A stretch of 64,000 bases of DNA from Octopus vulgaris (taxonomy: Eukaryota): the NCBI GenBank assembly GCA_951406725.2, contig OX597826.1, positions 74,090,001 through 74,154,000 on the forward strand. The letters are read 5' to 3'. The position numbers and the translations under genes were made by a program. The notes under the pieces are model-generated. The model searched no databases and had not been told where the DNA came from. It saw nothing but the letters and a program-made list of their open reading frames with translations. Below are positions 12,986-23,429 of this stretch, piece by piece. The stretch's first letter is position 1. Each line of letters opens with the position of its first letter.

Positions 12986-14247
12986 GGTGTGAGAGGATGT
13001 TTAAGAAATAGTTAATTAAGATAAGATATGAAATAGAGAGTGTGGTGGAGGAAATAAAAGAAAATAGGTGTGAGATATGCAGGGATATTGCATTTGTAGA
13101 TCCATTTTTTTAAAGGCAGAATGGTATACATATAATATTCCAATACCTTTTGAGTAAAATCCAATAGAATTTTAAATTGGTCATTCCAAGTATAGAGTTT
13201 ATACACAGTGTTATTGAATCCAGGGTTGTGTTTAAAGTGACCTAAAAATAGGGAATGTATTAGTAGGGTCAAATCCAAAACAGGACCAGAGGAATGGAGA
13301 AAGAGAAAAAGAAGAGAAAAAAATCAGAGAATAAGGAGAAGAAAGTAAGAAGAAAAATAATAAAATAATAAAATGATATAATAAAAAAATAAAAAAAACA
13401 GGAAGAGAGGAATAAAGGAAAGAACGAAAAAAGAAAAAGGAAAACAAAGATATAGATAAGGGAAAAATGTACCCATTTAGTGGTCAGTGGAGATAATTTG
13501 AAAGTAGGAGTGGAGAGATAAAGGGTGACAGAGAGAAAAAGGTATTAAAGTGTAAGAAGATAGAAGTAATGAGGGTGGGGGTAATAAAAGGTAAGGAGTG
13601 ACAAATGTGTCCTGATAGAGTCTAAGTGATGGGGCAGAGATAGGGGCTAGTAGTAAAGAATGAAGAATTAAGGCTTGGCAGGTCAGTGCTTAGTAATATA
13701 AGAAAATATATATGTGAAGAGATATACATCATCATCATCATCATCATCATTTAGCGTCCGCTTTCCATGCTAGCATGGGTTGGACGGTTCAATGTATATA
13801 TTAGACATGTATATATATATATATATATTTGTACAGATGTTTATACATATCAATATCCACACATACAACTCTTAGTCGTATGTATATGCACACATGCGCA
13901 CCCACATATACGTATATCTGCATGTATTATCGCCCCTGTATACGCAGGTATATATACCTTGCATACCTACATACATTCACACATACATACATACATATAT
14001 GCATACACACATTCATATATACATACAAAAGCCACCCGACTGTAAATCAAAATTCCATAAATGCTATCTTTAATTCTGTAATGGAAAAATGTGTCACTCA
14101 AGAAGGACTTCAGTTTGAACAATTTTCACAATGTTTCATATTTAGATGCTTTTATTAAATTCATTCAGTTATTAATCATAAATAAATCTTGGAATGAAAT
14201 GGTTTTGATTTACTATCAGGTGACTTTTGATCAACGCTGTATATATA

Positions 14248-14288
<41 letters not shown>

Positions 14289-14289
14289 A

Positions 14290-14500
14290 TAAAATTAACA
14301 TGTGACAATTATTCGGTAGCCATGATAAAACTCTAAGTTTTGGATGTTGGGGCGGAAACCCATGCCGCCATCTCTTCAATTATCCGGCCATAGAAAAAAT
14401 GTAATTTACTATTTTTATCCATCTCATACGCTTAATAAGCCCGGACATTCAAAACTTGGAGTTTTATCATGGCTACTGAATAATTATCACATTAATTTTA
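14290..14500. mobile_element. Inverted-repeat element with a decayed hammerhead-like motif (family HH-F)
   Basis: ATGTGACAATTATTCGGTAGCCATGATAAAACTC.../...GAGTTTTATCATGGCTACTGAATAATTATCACAT. Minus strand 14324-14384 reads GAUAA UUGAAGA GAUG..CAUC c AAA ACUUAGAGU U UUAUC. Second copy at 46683-46893. Confidence 0.55.
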
Positions 14501-14692
14501 CAGATAAATTCCTCTATTTACATAATATTGAGGTCTCTTTCATTCTTTTGTTGTCTTACCATTCCTATCAATATATATATATATATAGGAGATAAATATA
14601 AAAATATATATATATATTAGAAAAAATGAGGTAATCAGATCAGATGGTTCATTTTTTCTAATATATAATACCTGTACATCATCTCCAAACCT

Positions 14693-14743
<51 letters not shown>

Positions 14744-14846
14744 AGAGTAAACACATAAATGTGAAACAAGGTGGAAGAAAAGAGTACTCAAATACCAGAG
14801 GTAGAGTAATATGCTTTATTTAAAGCAGCAGAAAATTCAACAAAAA

Positions 14847-14884
14847 CTGTCCGACGAACGGGAACGTGAAACTCAGAGTAACAG
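14847..14884 (+). ncRNA. Minimal type I hammerhead ribozyme-like motif, family HH-B (U4C core), within IR element 14742-14918
   Basis: CUGU [CCGACGA] ACG ggaa CGU [GAA] ACUC a GAGU A ACAG. All three helices pair; GUA triplet. Confidence 0.65.
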
Positions 14885-14920
14885 GTTTTATTGAATTTTC
14901 TGCTGCTTTAAATAAAGTAC

Positions 14921-14957
<37 letters not shown>

Positions 14958-15046
14958 ATATAATTCGAGACAAAACCACTATTTTAAAACCAAACAAGGA
15001 AAGACTTAATCAATACATAAAATTTTAATATAAATTAAATAAACCG

Positions 15047-15090
15047 CCACTACAAATGTTTCATGTCTGCTACCGACAATCTTCAGGTGG
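15047..15090 (-). ncRNA. Hammerhead motif HH-C (minus-strand copy)
   Basis: Exact reverse complement of 15116-15159. Confidence 0.65.
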
Positions 15091-15115
15091 ATAATCTGAT
15101 TAGAAGATCGAAAAT

Positions 15116-15159
15116 CCACCTGAAGATTGTCGGTAGCAGACATGAAACATTTGTAGTGG
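15116..15159 (+). ncRNA. Minimal type I hammerhead ribozyme motif, family HH-C (canonical core)
   Basis: CCAC [CUGAAGA] u UGUC ggtagca GACA u [GAA] ACA uu UGU A GUGG. Stem I CCAC/GUGG, GUA triplet, U.U at the base of stem II. Confidence 0.7.
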
Positions 15160-15351
15160 CGGTTTATTTAATTTATATTAAAATTTTATGTATTGATTAA
15201 GTCTTTCCTTGTTTGGTTTTAAAATAGTGGTTTTGTCTCGAATTATATTATATAATATTTTACTATAAAATTGGATTTAACCCTAAATCTGATTTTTCCC
15301 TGTAATTTTGGATTCATTCCCTAATATTTATTATTATTTATATATATATAT

Positions 15352-15903
15352 ATAACGTAAGGGACGTTAGCCATCTGAATGTGGCTAGGGACAGGGCAGG
15401 GCGGTGGGGGTGTTACTGATGCATTTAGCCCCAGGCGATCATCAACGTCACCAGGAGGGCTGACGCCATCACGGCGTCCTCTAGCCTGCAAAGGGAGATC
15501 ATTCCCCGAAGAAGCGGATGCTACATACGGACCTAGGTTTCAAGGTGTTTGCCTATTATCAAAGGATAGCAGGCACCGCTACTCGACGAACGACTCTCTG
15601 TGCAGGCTATATATAAATGTATTTACTGTGAAAATCTTTATATATAGCCTGCACAGAGAGTCGTTCGTTCAAGTAGCGGTGCCTGCCATACGTTGATAAT
15701 AGGCAAACACCTTGAAACCTAGGTCCGTATGTGGCATCCGCTTCTTCGGGGAATGATCTCCCTTTGCAGGCTAGAGGACGCCGTGATGGCGTCAGCCCTC
15801 CTGGTGACGTTGATGATCGCCTGGGGCTAAATGCATCAGTAACCACCCCACCGCCCTGCCCTGTCCCTAGCCACATTCAGATGGCTAACGTCCCTTATGT
15901 TAT
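15352..15903. repeat. Near-perfect GC-rich inverted repeat with ~266-bp arms and a 19-nt spacer
   Basis: 15352-15617 versus 15637-15903; the ORF track shows mirror ORFs 15379+ and 15876-. Confidence 0.9.
15687..15731 (+). ncRNA. Minimal type I hammerhead motif, family HH-D (U3-A8 covariant core)
   Basis: CAUACG [UUGAUAA] u AGG caaaca CCU u [GAA] ACCUAGGU C CGUAUG. 6-bp stem I, palindromic stem III, GUC triplet with predicted cut after 15725. Confidence 0.65.
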
Positions 15904-16621
15904 GGAGCAGTTACTGTCTATATCTCGTTTAGAGAATTATTATTGCTATATATATATATATATATATATATCATCATCATCATCGTTTAACGTCCGCTTT
16001 CCATGCTAGCATGGGTTGGACGGGTCAACTGGGGTCTGGCAAGCCCGAAGGCTGCACCAGGCCAGTCAGATCTGGCAGCGTTTCTACAGCTGGATGCCCT
16101 TCCTAACGCCAACCACTCCGAGAGTGTAGTGGGTGATTTTATGTGCCACCGACACAGGTGCCAGACGAGGCTGGCAGACGGCTACACTCGGATGGTGTTT
16201 TTTTATGTGCCACCGACACAGGTGCCAGAATATATATATATATATACACACCCCAACCATAATAATTTGTATATATCAGAATATTCAAAGTTAAGTGCTT
16301 CTCATAGTGAGCCACAAAACAATCTCATATGAAAGTATGGAATCATTGATTTCAAATTACTCTGTATTCTAGCAACGGGGTTTCATAAAAATTACTGTCA
16401 TTATTATTACTTTTATATATAATTACCATTTCTGCATCTTTTGAAATTATTGATTATCTTATCCTCTATTTGCTATTTATTTTTTAATGAATGTAATTTA
16501 TATCCTGCTGTTCATAATGGAATAAAGAAAGAAAATGCTGAAATGAATAAATAAAACAAAAATACGAGTTTTTTTAATTTTTAATTATGGGCCTAATGGT
16601 GATGTGTTGGGTGGTTCTTTC

Positions 16622-16890
16622 TGTTACTCTTTAACTCGTTTCAGTCATTTGACTGCGGCCATGCTGGAGCACCGCCTTTAGTCGAGCAAATCGACCCCAG
16701 GACTTATTTTCTGTAAGCCTAGTACTTATTCTATTGGTGTCTTTTGCCGAACCGCTAAGTTACAAGGACATAAACACACCAACGTTGGTTGTCAAGTGAT
16801 GGCGGGGGGACAAACACAGACACACAAATACACACACACACACACATATATATATACACACATATATATATATATATAAATGCACCCACC

Positions 16891-16938
<48 letters not shown>

Positions 16939-17035
16939 ATGAGCTACATTCAGTTTCCATTGTACCAAATCCACTCACAAGGCTTTGGTTAGCCCAAGGC
17001 TATAGTAGAAGACACTTGCCTAAGGTGCCATGCAG
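16622..17035 (-). mobile_element. SINE A (5'-truncated)
   Basis: Reverse complement of family A. Confidence 0.8.
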
Positions 17036-17147
17036 GCATTTTACTACAGTTCTATATTTAAGAGATAAGGAATTATGTATTTTTTATTTTTTTTTTTTTG
17101 TACTTGTTTCAGTCATTTGACTGCGGCCATGCTGGAGCACCGCCTTT

Positions 17148-17307
17148 AGAGTGGTGAAAGAGTACAGCAGGGATCACCACCATCCCCTGCCGGAGCCTCG
17201 TGGAGCTTTTAGGTGTTTTCGCTCAATAAACACACACAACGCCCGGTCTGGGAATCGAAACCGCGATCCTCCGACCGCAAGTCCGCTGCCCTAACCACTG
17301 GGCCATT
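17148..17307 (-). mobile_element. Short tRNA-derived SINE (family D)
   Basis: TGGCCCAGTGGTTAGG A-box and GGTTTCGATTCCC B-box followed by a non-tRNA body; related head at 22120-22360. Confidence 0.7.
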
Positions 17308-17351
17308 GATTTATATTAGACAGATATTTGTCCTCATCTTGTTTGTTGTTA

Positions 17352-17395
17352 ACACAACATTTCGGCTGATATACCTTCCAGCCTTCATCAGGTGT
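17352..17395 (-). ncRNA. Minimal type I hammerhead motif, family HH-E
   Basis: ACAC [CUGAUGA] a GGCUG gaagguauau CAGCC [GAA] AUGU U GUGU. Stem III is probably ACGU with a CpG transition. A 5'-damaged copy lies on + at 21972-22010. Confidence 0.6.
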
Positions 17396-17490
17396 CTTGG
17401 GGAAATTTTGCACCTGGGTTCTCATTCCTAAGATATTTTTCAATGTTGTTGTTGTTGTTGTTGTTATTATCATAATTATTATTATTATCA

Positions 17491-17539
<49 letters not shown>

Positions 17540-18227
17540 TATTCCAGGCAGTGATTTGAATAATAATAATAATAATAGCGGTTCGGCAAAAGAGACCGAT
17601 AGAATAAGTACTGGGCTTACAAAGAATAAGTCCCAGGGTCGATTTGCTTGACTAAAGGCGGTGCTCCAGCATGGCCGCAGTCAAATGACTGAAACAAGTA
17701 AAAGAGTAAAAGAGTAACCATACTGGTTCAATGTAAGAATTTGTGCAAAATGATTTATACATGGTAGCATGATAGACAATAGTCCTAATGTTGGTAGAGC
17801 TTACAGAATGAATGAAAGACAAGAAGGAACTATGCAAAGATTTATCGCAAGATAAACAGTAAAACTCTGTGATACCTTTTAAAGCTATGACTTGAAAGAA
17901 AGAAGAATCAGGAATTGCCATTCAAAAGTTGTTGCAATTACTTTATTGAAATGGCACAATCTGTTACAGAGGGGAAACGAGTGGGGGGGGAGGGGGAAAT
18001 GATTTCTGCAGTTAATAACGATTCCTTCTAGTTAAGGAATTATTATTTCTGAAATTTTAAGCCTGAAATTTTGGGAGAAGGGTCTCTGATCAATTACATC
18101 GACCCCAATATTTCACTGGTGCTTATTTCATTAGCCCTAAAAGGAGAAAAAGCAAAGTAAATTTTGGGAGCATTTGATCTCTCTGTAATTAATAATAACA
18201 ACAGCAACAGCAGGAACAACAATAGCA

Positions 18228-18274
<47 letters not shown>

Positions 18275-18829
18275 TGCCCTGATCAGTACCAGACAGTGGT
18301 TCTCATGGCTTCTGATCTTAACTGATTGGAAGTGTTATCATGTACATTGTTTTGTCTTGGTATAAAAGATGGGCTACAGCAAATATTCTGCTCAATACCA
18401 CAGATTTGCTTGTCAGTTGTTTGACCTTAACCAGTTGACCATGTTCCTTAGTGGCTGACGATATGTGCATCTCTTTTCATGAACAGAAATAGTGGAGGAG
18501 CATCATAGCTGTGTGTTGAAAGGAATTCTTAGAGGTTTGGATAATTCACTTTTGGAAACATGGGTGATTCGTTCAACATCCTTAAAACAAACCTTAATCA
18601 GGGACCTTTTGGGTGGGATGGGCTACTTGACCAGAAGAAAATTCTAACTGGGCCCCACCTGCAAGGTCATGTGCTGTTTATCTTGATATGAGATCACCAT
18701 GTCGTGCACATATGGTTGTGATGCACGTGCCTGGTGTACCCTTATCAGACGGGTAGTCATGGTGGATATACTGGGCTTCCTATATTTTACCCTAGTGTCA
18801 CTTTGATGGCATGCACTGCTCTCTCATTC

Positions 18830-18861
<32 letters not shown>

Positions 18862-18873
18862 TAATAATAATAA

Positions 18874-19199
18874 TAACCTCCCAAGTTAACCTGTCATATA
18901 GAAAGAAAAGTCGATAGATATGACAGGTTAAATTGGGAGGTTAAGCAGGTGTTGTTTCTGAAAAAGGTGGTAGTAGTACCAATAATTGTTGGAGCCCTGG
19001 GAACAGTAAAAATCTTGAGAAGTACGTGGAACAAATAGGGGCTGCAATAAGGGTAGAGCACTTGCAGAAAACAGCACTGCTTGGAACTGCTTGAATACTA
19101 CGGATGGTAATCGAAAAATAAGAGGTGTTACCTTAATTCAGTGGTAGTGAACAAATGACACTGTAGTACATCTCCAACATTAGAAGCTGTGCAAAGGCA

Positions 19200-19200
<1 letters not shown>
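18874..19200 (+). mobile_element. 5'-truncated R4/Dong-like non-LTR retrotransposon (RLE endonuclease C-terminus) inserted in (TAA)n
   Basis: ERKVDRYDRLNWEVKQ..KKVVVVPIIVGALGTV..LEKYVEQIG...EHLQKTALLGTA; (TAA)n tracts on both sides. Confidence 0.75.
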
Positions 19201-19235
<35 letters not shown>

Positions 19236-19450
19236 GTTTCAAATTTTGGTACAAGGTCAGCAATTTCAGGGGTGGGGGTTAGTCGATTACATTGACCCCA
19301 GTGCAGAACTGGTACTTATTTTATTGACCGTGCCCCAAAAAATGAAAGGCAAAGTTGATGTCAGCAGGATTCGAACTCAGAATGTAAAGATGGATGAAAT
19401 ATTGCCAAGCATTTTGTCTGGCATGCTGATGACTCAACCAGCTCACCATC

Positions 19451-19496
<46 letters not shown>

Positions 19497-20638
19497 TAAT
19501 AATAATAACAATAATCTTTTCTACCTTAGGCACAAGGCCTGAAATTTTGGGGGTGGGAGCTAGTCGATTACATCAACCCCAGTGCATAAATGGTACTTAA
19601 TTTATCGACCCTAAAAGGATGAAAGGCAAAGTCAACCTTAGTGACATTTGAACTCAAAACGTAGTGATGGGCAAAATGCTTAGCAGTATTTCGCCCCAAA
19701 CCAGTTGCCAAACAAGGGTGGGGAAGCAAACACACACACGCACACACACACATGCATTTAACACTCTATACATACATATACACATTTATGCTCATGCATA
19801 TACACACACACACACACACATATATAATGAGCATCTACACAGTTTTTGTCTGCCAAATTCATTTACATGGCATGAGTTGGCCAGGGGCTATATTAAATGA
19901 CACTTGCCCAAGGTGCCACATAGTGGGACTGAACCTGAAACTGGGTGCTTGCAAAGCCAGCTTCTTAACCACACAGCCATGCCTGTGCCTATCTTAACAT
20001 GGAAAAAGACTGGAATATTATAATATTTCAAATGGATTTTTCAATAGTCCGTGTCGGTGACACGTAAAAGCACCAACCGATTGTGACCGTTTGCCAGCCT
20101 GCTCTAGCCCCTGTGCTGGTGGCATGTAAAAAGCACCCACTACACTCACGGAGTGGTTGGCATTAGGAAGGGCATCCAGCTGTAGAAACACTGCCAGATC
20201 AGACTGGAGCCTGGTGCAGGCTCCTGGCAACCCAGACCCCGGTCGAACTGTCCAACCCGTGCTAGCATGGAAAACGGATGTTAAACGATGATGATTGGCA
20301 CAAGTGCCTTAATGATGTTATGACTTACGCTTTATATTTTCTCCTGATACTGCAATCATTCTTGCATGACAAGGCCAATGTCTTTGTGTTTTAAGATGAT
20401 GTCTTTCAAGACACCATTTCATTTCTTTGTGAGAACTGTAGAGGAGTGAAAGGAGACATTGTGACTGGAAGCGAGGGAGAGAGAGTGATGTTGGAACTGG
20501 AAGAGAGGGGAAGTAACATCATATCAAAGAGTAGGGTATTTGAATAGCCTCTTTATTCATCAGGATATCAAGGGGTAGAGATGTGTGGAAGGGATCTCCT
20601 AGGAAGAGTAGTTTCTGCCAGGAGGTTGGGGTAGTGTA

Positions 20639-21018
20639 CACTACCGTCAGAAATTAATTAGCACCCTTGATTTGCTCTTCACTCAAGGTATGTGCTGTCA
20701 CCTAGTGGCCATATCTCGAACTATTGCTTTGTTGCGAGTTCACTGTTGCGCAGAACGATGACGTAACTTTGTTTGCAGAGCAGTTTGAGAGTCTACAGCC
20801 TTATGATGTTGACATAGCAGTGCAACAACAACTTGGAGTGCAGATGCAGACAAATCTTCCTTTGTTTAATAGATATAGGTAGCGCCTCGCAAGGACCGAA
20901 ATCACACCATACTAAGTTTTCTCATCGCGTAAGATGTTTTGAACAGCTCATAGGTTAATTGATTTAACCTATTTAATGTAGAAATTTGAGAAGTGCTAAT
21001 TAATTTCTGACGCAAGTG
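20639..21018. mobile_element. Tc1/mariner-type MITE (380 bp)
   Basis: 26-bp TIR CACTACCGTCAGAAATTAATTAGCAC / GTGCTAATTAATTTCTGACGCAAGTG (2 mismatches), flanked by TA at 20637-38 and 21019-20. Confidence 0.85.
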
Positions 21019-22465
21019 TACACATAGGTACAACCAATGAGTTCTCCTGATCCTTGAGAAGCAAAACTGGATACTCTGTTGTGAGTTTGTCTTGCAGTAG
21101 GAGCGTTCTTATTACTTGTCTTTCCTTCTACAAGAATGTTGGTGATTTAGTGGAAACTGTGGTTACTGCCAGTGTCTCATGACTGGCTCCTGTGCTGGTG
21201 GCACATAGAAAGCACCATCCGAACATTTTCAACACCAGGTCTGCCTGACTGGCTCCCGTTCCAGTGACACATAAAAAGCACCATCCGAATGTGGCTGATG
21301 CCAGTACCCCCTGACTGGCTCCTGTGCCAGTGACACGTAAAAAGCACTATCCAAACATGATGGATGCCAGGCCTGCCTGACTGGCTCCTGTGCTGGTGGC
21401 ACATAAAAAGCACCCACTGCACTCTCAGAGTGGTTGGCATTAGGAAGGGCATCCAGCTGTAGAAACTCTACCAGACCAGATTGGAGCCTGGTGCAGCTGC
21501 TGGCTCTCCAGAACTCAATCAAACTGTCCAACCCATGCCAGCATGGAAATCGGATGTTAAACAATGATGATGATGATGATGATGCTGATGAATGTTGTCT
21601 TGATAGCAAAACCTGTTCTGGTGCCAGCCAACAACTTTCACTCCATTGAAGTAGCAGCTGAGTGGAACAATCTTTCTAGTCTGGTAGCACAAAATACACC
21701 CGTGTCTTGTAAAGTGGTTGGTGAGTAGAGAATGTACGTAAAGGGTTTGGAGGCTCCTTTATTTAACATCTCTAGTGTTGGTACCATTAAAAAAAAAAAA
21801 AACTCACACCTGGTACATTCTGTAAAATGGTCAGTAGCAGAAAACATATTCAACCTCCAAAAAATGAAGTGAAATGATATGTACCAGCATCAGTTTTTGG
21901 AAGTAGCAGCTCCCAATAGAAGACTCAAACTGAGATTATCCATTCAACCCATGGAAAACATGTAAAAACAATGATGAAGGCTGGATGGTATATCAGCCGA
22001 AACATTGTGATAACATAAAAAGAAGATGAGGACAAATATCCATCAAATGTAAATTACATAATTCCTCATCTCTTAAATATAGAACTATGTTTTTTTATTT
22101 CTATACATGAATACTGTAGAGGCGCGTGGCTTAATGGTTAAGGTGTCAGCACCATGATCATAAGGTTGTGGTTTCGATTCTTGGACTGGGCAATGCATTG
22201 TGTTCTTGAGCAAAACACTTCATTTCACATTGCTCCAGTCCACTCAGCTGGCAAAAATGAGTAACACTGCAATGGACTGGTGTCCTGTCCAGCTGGGGAA
22301 CACATACGCCATAGAAACCGGGAAACCGGGCCCACGAGCCTCGCTAGGTTTTAAAAAGGGCGCATTTCTTTTTTTATACATGAATAGTGCATTATATACA
22401 GCAATTTGCAAACAGCAAGTCCTCTCATCACTGTTACCTCATCTTTCATGGAGCATATTGCTCTC

Positions 22466-22502
22466 TGATAAATACGTAGATAGACAGACAGATAGATAGA
22501 TT

Positions 22503-22568
<66 letters not shown>

Positions 22569-22610
22569 GAGGTAGATAGAGAGGTAGATAGATAGATAGG
22601 AAGGTAGGCT

Positions 22611-22654
<44 letters not shown>

Positions 22655-22784
22655 TTGAGACAGACACAGATAGATAGATACGGAGGAAACTGTTGTAGAT
22701 TGTGCTTGTGAGTTGTTTAGGTTACTTGTGTATTGGACGAGAGATGAAGGTAAAAACTACTGATAAATACGTAGATAGACAGAC

Positions 22785-22855
<71 letters not shown>

Positions 22856-22886
22856 GATAGATAGACAGACAGACAGATAGATAGAC

Positions 22887-22956
<70 letters not shown>

Positions 22957-22964
22957 GTAGGTAG

Positions 22965-23022
<58 letters not shown>
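22466..23022. repeat. Two (GATA)n tetranucleotide tracts with an identical leader CTGATAAATACGTAGATAGACAGAC
   Basis: Direct reading. Confidence 0.9.
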
Positions 23023-23023
<1 letters not shown>

Positions 23024-23277
23024 GCATGAAGTTTCTTATTGTAAAGAAAGCAACATTAAAATATAACAGAGAATAATGAATATTTATATACAAGTTTTCT
23101 TAGAAATTTGAAGAATAGAGATTCATAATTTTTTCTTCCATTTTGTAATGAATTACTTCTGCTAAAAGAAACTTCCTACCTTTGAAAGTGGTTGTTTAAT
23201 AAGTTAACTAAATGTTTTAACGATCATGTTTAGAGATGTGTACATACATTCATACATGCATGCATGTATACGTACGT

Positions 23278-23429
<152 letters not shown>

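Larger units (their letters stand above)
14950..15256. repeat. Perfect ~143-bp-arm inverted repeat (21-nt spacer) with a hammerhead motif on each strand
   Basis: 14950-15092 is the reverse complement of 15114-15256; embedded between (TA)n tracts. Confidence 0.9.

Noticed and set aside
15379-15876. Pair of identical opposite-strand ORFs (MWLGTGQGGG...)
   Set aside because: Mirror images produced by the palindrome; GTG starts and no known motif.
17230-17307. tRNA gene
   Set aside because: A and B boxes are present but there is no paired acceptor stem, and the sequence continues into a SINE body. The same applies to the other SINE heads.
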